64,000 nt of DNA, taken from the NCBI RefSeq assembly GCF_037042905.1, contig NC_087258.1, forward strand, positions 23,064,001-23,128,000, in the 5' to 3' direction. The position numbers and the translations under genes are program-made. Source of the DNA: Lytechinus pictus. Lineage: Eukaryota. The notes below the pieces were generated by a model, which made no database searches, was not told where the DNA came from, and saw only the letters and a program-made list of their open reading frames with translations. Shown here piece by piece: positions 26,511-38,273 of this stretch (positions within the stretch are counted from its first letter, which is position 1; every line of letters begins with the position of its first letter).

Positions 26511-27290
26511 TTATGAATTCGTTAGAAAGAGCGAACGGGCCCACCTGGTCGGCTCTTTAATTCCAGAGATATTTCGAGTCACGATACATTTGAACACGTG
26601 TCTGAACACCGAATGTTTCCAAGCATACACGATCGGGTTGACGCAACTGTTGAATGCAATGATGGCGAGGGTCATGGGACTTACTTCGTAATCCTCGGAT
26701 ACGAAGAGGATGACGATGGACGGTGTCCCACAGAGGAAGAAGAGGACGATGATGATCAGCATATTCGTGGTGATCTTCGATTCGAGCTCCCGCTGGCGTT
26801 GTGCGAATTCTCCTCTGACCGATTTTGGATCGTCGTGGACACCAGGGGCCTTCGATGTATCGTCCATCGGACTGTTCGTCGCACCGTTTTCAGCATGCTC
26901 CTCAGATCCTATGCGACGCAGATGGCGCTTGACATGTTGGTAGATTTTGACGTAGCAGATGACGATCAGGACTAGGCACATCACAAGCCATGCCCCTGCT
27001 GTGTACGAATGCGGGTTGCCTTTGACAAGGGAGCATATACCTTCGTCCAGTCCAAACTTGGCAAGTCCCGAAACCGCTAATACGACGTTGAAGCCGGCGA
27101 TCGAAAATGAAGTGATGTCAATCATGATCGCCATTTTCCTGTGCGTGTACAATCGATTGTAATCCGTTCTAGCCTTGGTTATCATGTAGAATCTGTTGTA
27201 GGCTAGGATAGTCACGCTCACCCCCATGAAGATAAACATTGCTACCGCCGCAAAGACACATACCCTGTCAAAGGACACCGATCTCGTAAA
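26511..27290 (-). pseudogene. 5'-deleted rhodopsin-class GPCR copy 1 (TM3-TM7 only)
   Basis: High identity to 37281-38273, but ~390 bp spanning the N-terminus, TM1 and TM2 is deleted (junction ATCTCGTAAATCAACTGATT). There is also a 9-bp deletion in TM3 (ILAYNRF vs ILALIAYNRF). The ORF begins at a non-ATG codon. Confidence 0.85.
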
Positions 27291-27906
27291 TCAACTGATT
27301 AGCAGCAGTCTTGAACTAGCGGGAGCACGTTGAAAATTATATATCATCAGCCAAACTCTACATGCAAAATGGACCTTTTGCTCAAAAAGATATATTTTTA
27401 TTCGACGATCCTCTGTCTATCTCAAGTGCAGAGGGGAAAGAGCCGTGCGTGTTGATAACAATGTATGGATATATCATGATGAAACGATGTTTGATGTTAA
27501 ACAAAGACACAATTATTGATAGTAATTTTGCTTTATCATGTTTATTGATTGATGGAATTGATACAATGGGGTTGCAAATAGCATCGTTAGGTTATCAAAC
27601 ACAAAAAAGTAAATTTCAAAACCTTAAGTGTTTGAATGCTGTGTGAGCAACTTCCTTATTCAACACCAGATAGACACCTATATACCAAAGAGCTTGAGTA
27701 GCACGAACGTGATGGTGAAGAATTGAGTAAGTTATATCTAAAAACGCAAACTTTGAGATAGAGAGGGTGATGAGAGAGATAGAGAGAGAGAGGGAAAGGG
27801 AGAGAGAAAGGGGAGAGGAGAGGAGCAGAGAAGAGATGTATATACAGTATATCAATCAAGTGAAATCTATAAAGGAAATGTAATATCGTAAATGAAACGT
27901 ACAAAT

Positions 27907-28220
27907 TAGATTTAGATTAAGATTTTATTAATTTTCCGTTCACAAAGCACAACAAAATCAAAGTAACAATACATAGTCAAATTTAAAGTACAATTTCAAT
28001 CGGAATATGCATAAGAATTAGAAGGTATAAACGATGAGAACTAATGAAAACTAAAGTAACTTTGACTAATAATTACATAAAACAGAACGGAGTGGCTTGC
28101 CAAGAGAAGCAAAGCTTGTATGGGATGCAAGCCCCTGTAACTTAGTTTCAATACCTAACTTAGAGACAACATTACAAGACTATAGTATAAAGGAGAGACG
28201 GAAGACAGTTTAATAGGAGA
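27907..28220 (-). mobile_element. 3'-end fragment of a LINE-type retroelement inserted in GPCR unit 1
   Basis: Absent from paralogous unit 2 (39050-39060 is contiguous). (TCTAA)-like short tandem tail at the left end on the minus strand; AAATTA on both flanks. Confidence 0.55.
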
Positions 28221-28769
28221 AATTATTATACTATAACCCAACAAAAAGTCAATAAGACAATTCTAACAATTCAATCAAACGTATAACACATGGGCTTTTT
28301 TTTACCAATATGGTCAGTTCAATCCGTAACAAAACAGATACATTAAAAACATGCAGCAATCATAATATAATTCATTTTCAGAGTTGATTTTATTTCATAA
28401 GCATTACACAAAGTTGACGGCAATGAGTTATCATGCAAAAGTATTCACGTAAACATAAAAACACACCTTCCCCGCAATTACGTGTTCTGCTTACTACAAT
28501 TTTAGAATGTTTAAGCGAAGATAAGAATTATCCTGGAGTTTCATGCAAGATTAAATGAAACGTATTTCTGCAAAGACACTGACTGCGAAATAATCATCAA
28601 TTAATCTTTCTACTGGTACATCCTTGCACTTCTATAGGAGATCTCTAGTCTATTTGAGAGTACCAGACGTTAATAAGACCGCACAAGATTTAAAAAAATA
28701 TATTTACAAAAATAACTACACAACGAAAGTAAGGGTATGCACTTTGCGAAAATGAGTATTAAATTGTGC

Positions 28770-29725
28770 GGTTACACTTCGTAATTCCGAAGGTTCGTAA
28801 TTCCGAAACACGTAAATTGCCTATACCTCGATGTTCGTTAATCCAAAAACGAAAAAGGGTTCGTAAATCCGAACATTTGTGGTGTTATTCCGAAGGTTCG
28901 TTGTTCCGAAGGTTCGATAATCTGAAAACGAAATAAGGTTCGTTGTTCCGAAGGTTCGTTAATCCGAAAACGAAATAAGGTTCGTTGTTCCTAAGGTTCG
29001 TTAATCCGAAAACGAAATAAGGTTCGTTGTTCCAAAGGTTCGCTAATCCGAAAACGAAATAAGATTCGTTATTCCGAAGGTTCGTTAATCCGAAAAATGA
29101 AAACCGGGAAAGCAGAGGAAGGTGGTGGGGGGAACACCGTTGCTGTACAATTGGTATGAGGATGGGAAGGCAAGGGCGGACAAACGAATTTTCGTTTGGG
29201 GGGGGGGGCAAAGCCAAAAATGACACTCATACGTCAAAATGGGCACTTTGGTGATATTTTCACCATGAGACCCGGGCCATGAAATTATCATCTGCGTGAA
29301 GTCATTGTGTATTTTATAGTAATTAAGTAGAGAAAAGCCTTTTTGAAGTGACTTCTGAATATGGAAAGATGTAAATTTAGGCTTTATTTTTCGCGAGAGT
29401 GTATAATGAGCAAGCGGTTTGGAAAAAAAATCAAAGCTGAAGTTGTAAAACTCGTTTTGGGGGTCAATTACTGTTAAAATGGCATTATTGCGAGGTGTTG
29501 CGAGCGTGAATCACAATCTCAAACTTTAGGGCATTTCAATAAGAAAAAAAAAAAAAATTCCGAGCAGGTTTCTGCTATCATTAAAAAGATGTGCATCTAA
29601 CCATGGACCCAATAGAGTCCATGATCTAAATAAATTAACACGAGCGCAAAGCGCGAGCTTAAATATACTGACCAGAAAAGGAACCTGTTATGGAATAACG
29701 AAGCTTGGGAATTACGAATGTATGC
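28770..29725 (-). mobile_element. Internally deleted foldback element, inverted copy of 30393-37159
   Basis: 28770-29690 is the reverse complement of ~36205-37159 and is joined directly to a ~35-bp left terminus (TGGAATAACGAAGCTTGGGAATTACGAATGTATGC). Confidence 0.85.
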
Positions 29726-31305
29726 GAAATTCACTACCCCTTATATATTACCGTACAAAAAAACCCACCACGCATTAGTCTACAAAATAATATTAAAAAT
29801 CGTGATTATCGGTGGCATTAGTAAAACTCACATACACACAGGAGCTTTGTAACGTTACACACCCGAGTCGAAGCCGAAGGCGTTTTGAAGAAATCAAAAT
29901 GTGGGTAATTATTCTAATGCCAGAGCAAAATGATGCGTATTAAAAGTGTTATATAGTAATGCAATATAGATCCTTGTTATTTTGTTTAATCATCTTCATC
30001 CCAGAACAGTGACTGTTCATTATACTTTACTAATGACCATTCATCATCGGTCAATAGTAATCTACGCGTTATGCCAAATAAATGACAGGTCACGTGCTTG
30101 CACACAACCAATCATAATTATTAGGATCAAAATAATTCATCTCAAACAAATCTGGCCAATACCTTTCAAACATGATCATTGTAGCATTCAATTGTGCTTT
30201 TGTTCTCTTAACATATTGGCTAGTTTGCCACAAAGATTTATCGAACATCATATGGAGATTAAAACGGAGTGAAAGTGCAACCTTGATGTCAGAGAGTCAG
30301 AAGAGAGAAATCATGTCCTTTAGATTTTATATCGTGCGTTTGTGATATCATGATAATTCTAATACACATTTTGACGACGGCTGCACAATGTCGCATACAT
30401 CCGTAATTCCGAAGCTTCGTTATTCCGAAGGTTCGTATTTCCAAAGGTTCGTAATTCCGAAGGTTCGTTAGTCCGAAAACGAAATGAGGTTCGTAATTCC
30501 GAAGGTTCGTTAGTCCGTAAACGAAATGAGGTTCGTAATTCCGAAGGTTCGTTAGTCCGAAAACAAAATGAGGTTCGTAATTTCGAAGCTTCGTTAGTCC
30601 GAAAACGAAATAAGGTTCGTAATTCCGAAGCTTCGTTAGTCCGAAAACGAAATAAGGTTCGTTAATCCGAAAATTAAATAAGGTTCGTATTTCCGAAAAT
30701 GAAATTAATTCATTTTGGCAACGAGAACGGTGTTTTCCTTACAAGATAACAGAATATTATGCAATAATAGTGATAACGAACGATGATACATGTGTGTTGT
30801 GGCCAAAGCATGTATTTCATTAAGAATAGGCGCCCGGATCAAGCATAGGCTTAATTTCGATTTTATCTGAGCAATTGCTGCATAAGCAAATGGTTTAAGG
30901 ATGCAGGGGATTAAGAGTGTTGGTCGCGTGCGAGTAACCTACAGATAATAGGTTTTGTATTGGAGGGGGTGTCATTTTAATGAGCTTTGCTGGTAATAAA
31001 AATAAAAATAATACTAATGATGATCATAATAAAAATGGTAATAAAGAATATAAATGTTAATAAAATTTTATTGATCGTAACGCCTAGTGTTAACAATGTT
31101 AATCCTTTTTTTTCTTTGTTTTACACTTTTTTTTATTCTAGGTCTCTTTCAGCTTGATTTAATTAACTTTGTGTATTCTTATTATCATTCTCTTTTAGGT
31201 CCAGTTCAAATCTACTCGACTTTTCTCCTTCTTTATATTTTGATTTGTTATGAATATCAATTTTCTTTGTTTTACACTTTTTTTATTCTAGGTCTCTTTT
31301 CTACC

Positions 31306-33953
31306 ATGACTTACCATCTATCTTTATTTCACCAGCTCAGGAAGATCAAGCTGAAGGCCCTCAATACCTCTTTTCACCAGGACAATTACAGATTTTATTC
31401 CCTCAATCGCATTATACCCACGGGGCCTCCAACTTCATTGCACTCCTGGTCTCGGTACGCTCACACCTGAACTTCGCAAACGATGGAACCAGACCTTACA
31501 TGGAGCTTCAGTTCGACTAATTAACATCCTCTCTGAACAGTGTATTGCTTCTCTTGATTCTTTTTCAGCTGACATCAGTAGCCTGGAAGACGAACTACGT
31601 TCTTGCTGTACCCAAACCCAATGGCTTCAGTATAATGATGAAATTGAATCTGATCTCTCTAAACACAGGTCTCTCCTCACTGAACGCAGGAACATAGGCA
31701 ACCTCACAAAGAAGCGACAACGGTCAAACAGATTTAGACGACATACCAACAACAATGATGCATCCCCCCATTTGGTTGTTAATCTCTCATCCTCCCCTCT
31801 CTCCCAAGCAGAAACCTCTCTTCTCTCTAAAGGTCTCAAGTTTTGCCCCACGCCACCAGAAGTTGAACAGATAGCTCTCAGCCAAGACCTCTCTACATTC
31901 TATCGCAGGATACGTCTCAAAGAGTTCTTTTTAGATGCACCCCCTTCTGATCCCGAGCCCTTCTACAAGAAAAGCACATGGATTTCACCCAAGAATAGAG
32001 TTCCTTCCCTTGAAACTTACATCCAAGCTGTCTCATCCCAAGTTCGCTCCACAGATACCCTCGACACCAGAGCACATGACAACCTTCCTCGAGAAGAACG
32101 CCAGGCTCTCTCATCACTCAAAAACAGGTCCGACATCATCATCAAGCCTGCAGACAAAGGATCAGCCGTCGTTGTTATGGACCGCCAGCAGTACATCGAT
32201 GAAGCCATGAAACATCTCAATAATCGATCTCACTATGCACTCCTCGATTCTGACCCTACTTGTAATTTCTCCCTACAGATCCAATTAACACTGAATGACA
32301 TGAAAGAACACCAGCATCTCTCCGGGAAGGCCCACAAATTTATCTCCCCTACTAATGCTAAACCTGCCCGCTTCTATCTCCTCCCGAAGATCCACAAACC
32401 TGGCAACCCCGGTCGACCCATCCTCTCAGGAAATGGTTCCTCAACAGAGAACATCTCCCTTTTTGTTGATTACCACATTAAGCCCCTTGTCTCACGTGCA
32501 CCCTCTTACATCCACGACACTCCAGACTTTCTCAGGAAACTAAATGACATCAAGGACCAGATACCCGAGACTGCGATCATCGGCACTTTCGATGTTTCTT
32601 CACTGTACACCAGCATTCCCCACGACGAAGGTATCCAATCATCATGTGAAGCCTTAGCCGCCAGTGGCCATTCCAGTCCCCCCATATCCGATATCAAATC
32701 TCTGATGTCTCATGTACTAACAAAAAACAACTTCACATTCATGGGCAAGCACTACCTACAGATATTTGGTACAGCAATGGGCGCCCGGATGGCTCCTTCA
32801 TTCGCCTGTCTCTTCATGACCAAGCTGGAACAGAAGATGTTAGATTCAGCCCCCTGTCGCCCATGGATTTGGTGGCGTTACATAGATGACATTTTCTTCA
32901 TCTGGACCAGAGATGAAGATACATTCATTGACCACATCAATTCCTTCCACAGGACCATCAAATTCACTTCTGATTTCTCCCAACAGGAAACCCACTTCCT
33001 TGATGTCACAGTCCAGAAAAAGTATAACGGTATCACCACTACCCTATACTCTAAACCCACAGATACCCACCAGTACCTCCACTCATCCAGCTGCCACCCC
33101 CGTCACTGCAAAACCGGCATCGCTTACAGTCAAGACCTCAGACTTCGCCGTATCTGCTCCGAGGACCCTGATTTTTCCTTCCATGCCAGGAATTTGCAGA
33201 AACATCTCTGTGCCAGGGGCCACGGGGCTAGGGCAGTCCAACTGGCAATTAACAAAGTTCGTTCTCTCCCCAGATCTGAAGTTCTCAAACCAAAAAGTGA
33301 CAAGGAGACTACCGGCAGAATACCGCTTGTGACCACCTTCCATCCCAATCTACCCCCTCTCCGCAAAATTCCTGTGTGATAACCACCACATTTTACACAC
33401 TTCTGATCGTCTCCAACAGGCCGTTCCCGATACTCCCCTTCTAGCATACCGACGCCCACCGAATCTCAGGGACCTCATTGTTCGTGCTGAAGTGCCCTCC
33501 CTCACTAACAATTCTTCTCCCATACAGCATGGCACCTTCAAATGCACCAGCAACATGTGCATCATACGTGAAATACACTTTCACGAGGGCGACACTCTCA
33601 CCAGCAACTCTACCAGCCTGTCTCACCAAATCAAGGGCAACATAACTACCACTAATGTTGTATATCTCATCACTTGCAGAGTTTGTAGGGTACAATACAT
33701 AGGGGAAACCAAGACCACACTCAAGAGACGATTCTACGGGCACAGATCCACCGTCAACACAGCAAAGCTGGACACTCCAGTTGGCCGCCATTTTAACCTC
33801 CCCAACCACTCCATCACTGACATGATGCTACAGGGCATCGAATCTTTAGGTACCCGTCCTGACTCAGTCCGTACGAGCAGAGAGAAGCTCTGGATGAGAC
33901 GACTTCGCACCACCCAACCTCATGGCCTGAACATCCAAGAGGGGAACGACTGA
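31306..33953 (+). pseudogene. Penelope-like retroelement ORF: reverse transcriptase + C-terminal GIY-YIG endonuclease, two frameshifts
   Basis: ACCATG at 31306; frameshift at ~31418 into IPRGL...; PLE motifs LSKGLKFCP, IIKPADKG, YLLPKIHK, GRPILS, FDVSSLYT, GTAMG, WRYIDD, FLD; frameshift at ~33372; then VVYLITCxxCxxQYIGET..LKRRFYGH..REKLW..PHGLN (GIY-YIG). Confidence 0.95.
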
Positions 33954-34858
33954 TTATTCTTTCCTATCCACTTTCAATTTATATATACATATCATTTTTC
34001 CCCTCAGCTCTTTTGAATTATAGTTTCTTCCTCTACTTTCCTCCCATATCTCATACAAGCTCAGCTCCAATTTTTCCTTCCTTATTCAGGCGATATAATA
34101 ATTATTATATATATATATATTTTCTTTCTTTCTCCACTCACCTCTTTTAGATTTACCACATTTGCTTATTTACATGTATACTATGGTTTCTTCATAATAC
34201 ACCCCCTCTCTTCTATATTTGCTTTTACCTTTTTAGGCAATTTGCTTCCTCTTTTTCACATATACAGTTTTTTTTTTTTTTTTTTTTTTTTCCTACTGTA
34301 TAGTCCTATGTTTTTTTCCCGTCACACCTAGCGGATTACAATATCAGTTACACCATATGTGTATTTATATTTTTTCATATACATTTCTTTTTTGGATATA
34401 TTTATATACAAATCACTTATAGATACATATTTACACTTACCTTCTTCTCTTAGTTTGTTTAATGCTTTATCATATATACTTATATGTCTTTTGCACATTA
34501 TCAGTTGTTCCCCATTCTTTTCCTTTTTCCCCCACTCTTATGCACCAGTTTATTATGCCTTTCTTTGTAACCTGTTTGACCCACCTCTCACTAATTCTCT
34601 AGTTATTCATCCCTCTATCACTGTTTTGTTCCAGATCCTGTTTGATGTTGCCTGCCTCATTATCTTAATCCCTCTTGGCCTTACTTACACTAACTTCCCT
34701 TTGTGTCTGCCTACTCCTTTTCTTTCATCCCCTTCACTATTAAACCTGATTGGTCTTCTCTACTCACTAATACCCCTTTTGTCTCCTTGTTTCTAGTGTT
34801 GATGTAGCTTGTTTGTGGTCTATATTATGGTTGTTCCACTTTATATGTTTGTCATTTT

Positions 34859-34897
34859 GCCTCCGACGAAGATTCTGCTAGGATCGAAAGCTTAGGC
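34859..34897 (+). ncRNA. Minimal type I hammerhead ribozyme motif (core variant CCGA)
   Basis: Stem I GCCT/AGGC; core CCGACGA-A; stem II GATTCT-GCT-AGGATC; GAAA; palindromic stem III AGCT; cleavage triplet CUU. Located at the PLE 3' end, where such motifs are known to occur. Confidence 0.8.
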
Positions 34898-34963
34898 CCC
34901 TTTTTGACTTTCTAATTTCCTTTTTAAATGATTCAAAAAATGCTCGTAATGTTTACTTTTTAT

Positions 34964-35287
34964 GTGGGGCGTTGTTGCCCAGTGGATTAGTCTTCTGACT
35001 ATGAAACAGAGGGTCGTAGGTTCGAATCCCAGCCATGGCGTAATTTCCTTCAGCAAGAAATGTATCCACACTGTGCTGCACTCAACCCAGGTGAGGTGAA
35101 TGGGTACCCGGTAGGAAGAAATTTATTAAATGCCTTCATTTGGGCGCCTAGGCAGCCCAGCTAAAGCCGGGGTAATGATAATAGCAGGGCCCGCTGGGAG
35201 AACAGTTTTCGGAACTGAAGTGGCTTCCCTTGGTAAATAATACCAATATTATTATTATCATTATCATTATTATTATAATTATTATTA
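34964..35287 (+). mobile_element. tRNA-derived SINE
   Basis: GTTGCCCAGTGG (A box) ... GGTTCGAATCC (B box); core shared with 25187-25460; (ATT)n tail. Confidence 0.85.
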
Positions 35288-37280
35288 GGCCTACATGAAA
35301 TTTCCAAAAGTTTGAGCTCGTGATTCGCTCGCAACATCCCACAAGGATGTCCTTTTAACAGTAATTAGGTCCATAATTGACCAAAAAGCGAGTTTTACAA
35401 CTTCAGATTTGAAATAATTTTTCGAAACCGCTTGCTCGCTACGCTTGCTCGCGAAAAATAAAACCTAAATATATATCTTATCAATCAGAAATCAAGTAAA
35501 AAAACCTTTGCTCAACTTAATTACTACAAACCACACAAATTCTTTACACAGATGATAATCTGATGGTGAAAATATCCGTTTGCACCAAAATGGCCGTTTT
35601 GGCATATAAAGTGCAACTTTTTTGTTTTTGCCCCCCAAAGGAAAATACGTTCCGCCGCCCCTGGTTGAAACATGCATCGTCTTCATGGCTAACTGCAAAA
35701 ATTATTTAACATGTCCCTTTTAGTTCAGGTCAGAGCTTATATTTAAAATTTCTGCTCGCGCTTCTTGCTCGCAGTTGTCATCTAGTTACATAGGCATCTT
35801 GTTTTGAAGATCACAAACATATTGCCCATCATATTCATAAAAAACATTATAGCTCGCGCTTCGCGCTCGCATTATTTAAAAATGGCTTATGATATTATTA
35901 CATATTTAGTTTATTTTATAAGAATAAAGCTAATTATTGGTCGTTAGGACTACCCTTTCAAAGAAACAAACAAACAAATATCAACTTTGAGCTGCCGATC
36001 GGGGAAATTATGGGTGAACAAACAGGGAAATGTTATTTTTCCAAAATGGGAAATTCTCTTTTTTCAAAATAAATACTCTTTTTAAAGTACACATTTTAGA
36101 TTAATTTTCAGGCTGGAATATTACAATTTGTCAGCTCGCGCTTCGCACTCGCATTATTCGATTGGTGAAATATGTATCATAAAGAGGTCACTAAATGCAG
36201 TCCTTAACAAGTTCTTTTTCTGGTCAGTATATTTTAGCTCGCGCTTTGCGCTCGTGTTAATTCTTTAGTTAGATCATGGACCCTATATGGTCCATGGTTA
36301 GATGCACATCTTTTTAATGATAGCAGAAACCTGCTCGGAATTTTTTATTTTCATTTGTTATTGAAATGCCCTAAAGTTTGAGCTTGTGTTTCACGCTCAC
36401 AACACCTCGCAATAATGCCATTTTAACAGTAATTGACCCCCAAAACGAGTTTTACAACTTCAGCTTTGAAATTCTTCCAAACCATTCGCTCATTATACTG
36501 TCTCGCGAAAAATAAAGCCTAAATATACGTCTTTCCATAATCAGAAGTCACTTCAAAAAGGCTTTTATCTACACAATGACTTCACGCAGATGATAATCTC
36601 ATGGTGAAAATATCACCAAAGTGCCCATTTTGACTTACGAATGTCATTTTTGGCTTGCCCCCCCCAAACGAAAATTCGTTCGGCCGCCCTTGCCTTCCCA
36701 TCCTCATAACAATTGCTCCCCCCCCCCACCACCACACTTGCCCTTCCTCTGCTTTCCCGGTTTTCATTTTTCGGATTAACGAACCTTCGGAATAAAGAAC
36801 CTTATTTCGTTTTCGGATAAACGAACCTTCGGAATAACGAATCTTATTTCGTTTTCGGATTAACGAACCTTCGGAATAACGAATCTTATTTCGCTGTCGG
36901 ATTAACGAACCTTCGGAACAACGAACCTTATTCCGTTTTCGGATTAACGAACCTTCAGAACAACGAACCTTATTTCGTTTTCGGATTAACAAACCTTCGG
37001 AACAACGAACCTTATTTTGTTTTCGGATTAACGAAGATTCGGAACAACGAACCTTATTTTGTTTTCGGATTAACGAACCTTCGGAACAACGAACCTTATT
37101 TCGTTTTCGGATTATCGAACCTTTGGAATAACGAACCTTCGGAAGTACGAAGTGTAACCGTGAATTTCATGTTATTTTTGTTTAATTAACTTGCATGCTT
37201 CTATTATCTTAAAAAGGTAAACAGTTGACATGTTTTACGTGAAACTCTAATAATCAGAATATTTCCATTTATTATTATGT

Positions 37281-38273
37281 TCATGAATTCGTTAGCACGA
37301 GTGAACGGGCCCACCTGGTCGGCTCTTTAATTTTAGAGATATTGCGAGTCACGATACATTTGAACACGTGTCTGAACACCGGATGTTTCCAGGCATACAC
37401 GATCGGGTTGACGCAGCTGTTGAATGCGATGATGGCGACGGTCATGGGACTTACTTCGTGATCGTCTGGTACGAAGAGGATGACGATGGACGGTGTCACA
37501 CAGAGGAAGAAGAGGACGATGATGATCAGCATATTCGTGGTGATCTTCGATTCTAGCTCCTGCTGGCGTTGTGCGAATTTTCCTTTGACCGATTTTGGCT
37601 CGTCGCAGACACCAGGGGCCTTCGATGTATCGTCCATCGGACTGTTCGTCGCACCGCGGCTCTCAGCATGATCCTCAGATCCTATGCGACGCAGATGGCG
37701 CTGGACATGTTGGTAGATTTTGACGTAGCAGGTGACGATCAGGACTAGGCACATAACAAGCCATGCCCCTGCTGTATATGAGTACGAGTTGCCTTCAACA
37801 AGGGAGCATATACCTTCGTCCAGTCCAAATTTGGCAAGTCCCGAAGCCGCCAATACGACGTTGATGCCGGCGATCGAAAATGAAGTGACGGCAATCATGA
37901 TCGCCGTTTTCCTGTGCGTGTACAATCGATTGTAATCCGTTCTAGCCTTGGTTATCATGTAGAATCTGTTGTAAGCAATAAGAGCTAGAATAGTCACACT
38001 CACCCCCATGAAGATAAACATTGCTACCGCCGCAAAGACACATACCCTGTCAAAGGACACCGATCTCGTCAATCCGATAAGTGACACCACTTGCACAGGT
38101 AAAAGAAGGCAGGTAAGGAGGTCGGTGACCGCGAGAGCGACCACGAAGATATTCGTGGTCGTCTGCAGTTGGCGGGATAGTACGACAGCGGCGATGACCA
38201 TGATGTTTCCTAGAACCCCTAGGAGGGATATCGTAGCAAAGATCCATGCTGCTATTATCCTTTGAACACTCAT
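37281..38273 (-). CDS. Single-coding-exon rhodopsin-class GPCR copy 2 (candidate chemoreceptor-like), ancestral ATG lost
   Basis: 7 hydrophobic segments; GN (TM1), LAVTD (TM2), TM3 Cys, AYNRF (DRY position), ECL2 Cys, CVTP (TM6), NSCVNPIVY (TM7). Confidence 0.85.
   Translation of the reverse strand: MSVQRIIAAWIFATISLLGVLGNIMVIAAVVLSRQLQTTTNIFVVALAVTDLLTCLLLPVQVVSLIGLTRSVSFDRVCVFAAVAMFIFMGVSVTILALIAYNRFYMITKARTDYNRLYTHRKTAIMIAVTSFSIAGINVVLAASGLAKFGLDEGICSLVEGNSYSYTAGAWLVMCLVLIVTCYVKIYQHVQRHLRRIGSEDHAESRGATNSPMDDTSKAPGVCDEPKSVKGKFAQRQQELESKITTNMLIIIVLFFLCVTPSIVILFVPDDHEVSPMTVAIIAFNSCVNPIVYAWKHPVFRHVFKCIVTRNISKIKEPTRWARSLVLTNS

Larger units (their letters stand above)
31085..34915 (+). mobile_element. 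Penelope-like element (Neptune-like architecture), approximate full extent
   Basis: ORF above plus a pyrimidine-rich ~0.95-kb 3' region ending in a hammerhead-like motif; boundaries approximate. Confidence 0.8.
30393..37159 (+). mobile_element. Large foldback element (16/32-bp repeat arms) hosting a nested Penelope-like element and a SINE
   Basis: Left arm GCATACATCCGTAATTCCGAAG... (30393-30700), right arm ...CTTCGGAAGTACGAAGTGTAACC (36770-37159); followed by GTGAATTTC, which resumes the GPCR duplication unit. Confidence 0.8.

Noticed and set aside
33370-33380. In-frame TGA in the Penelope ORF as possible selenocysteine (as in Naiad-type PLEs)
   Set aside because: The TGA results from a frameshift; the conserved reading continues in another frame, and the endonuclease is C-terminal, unlike Naiad.
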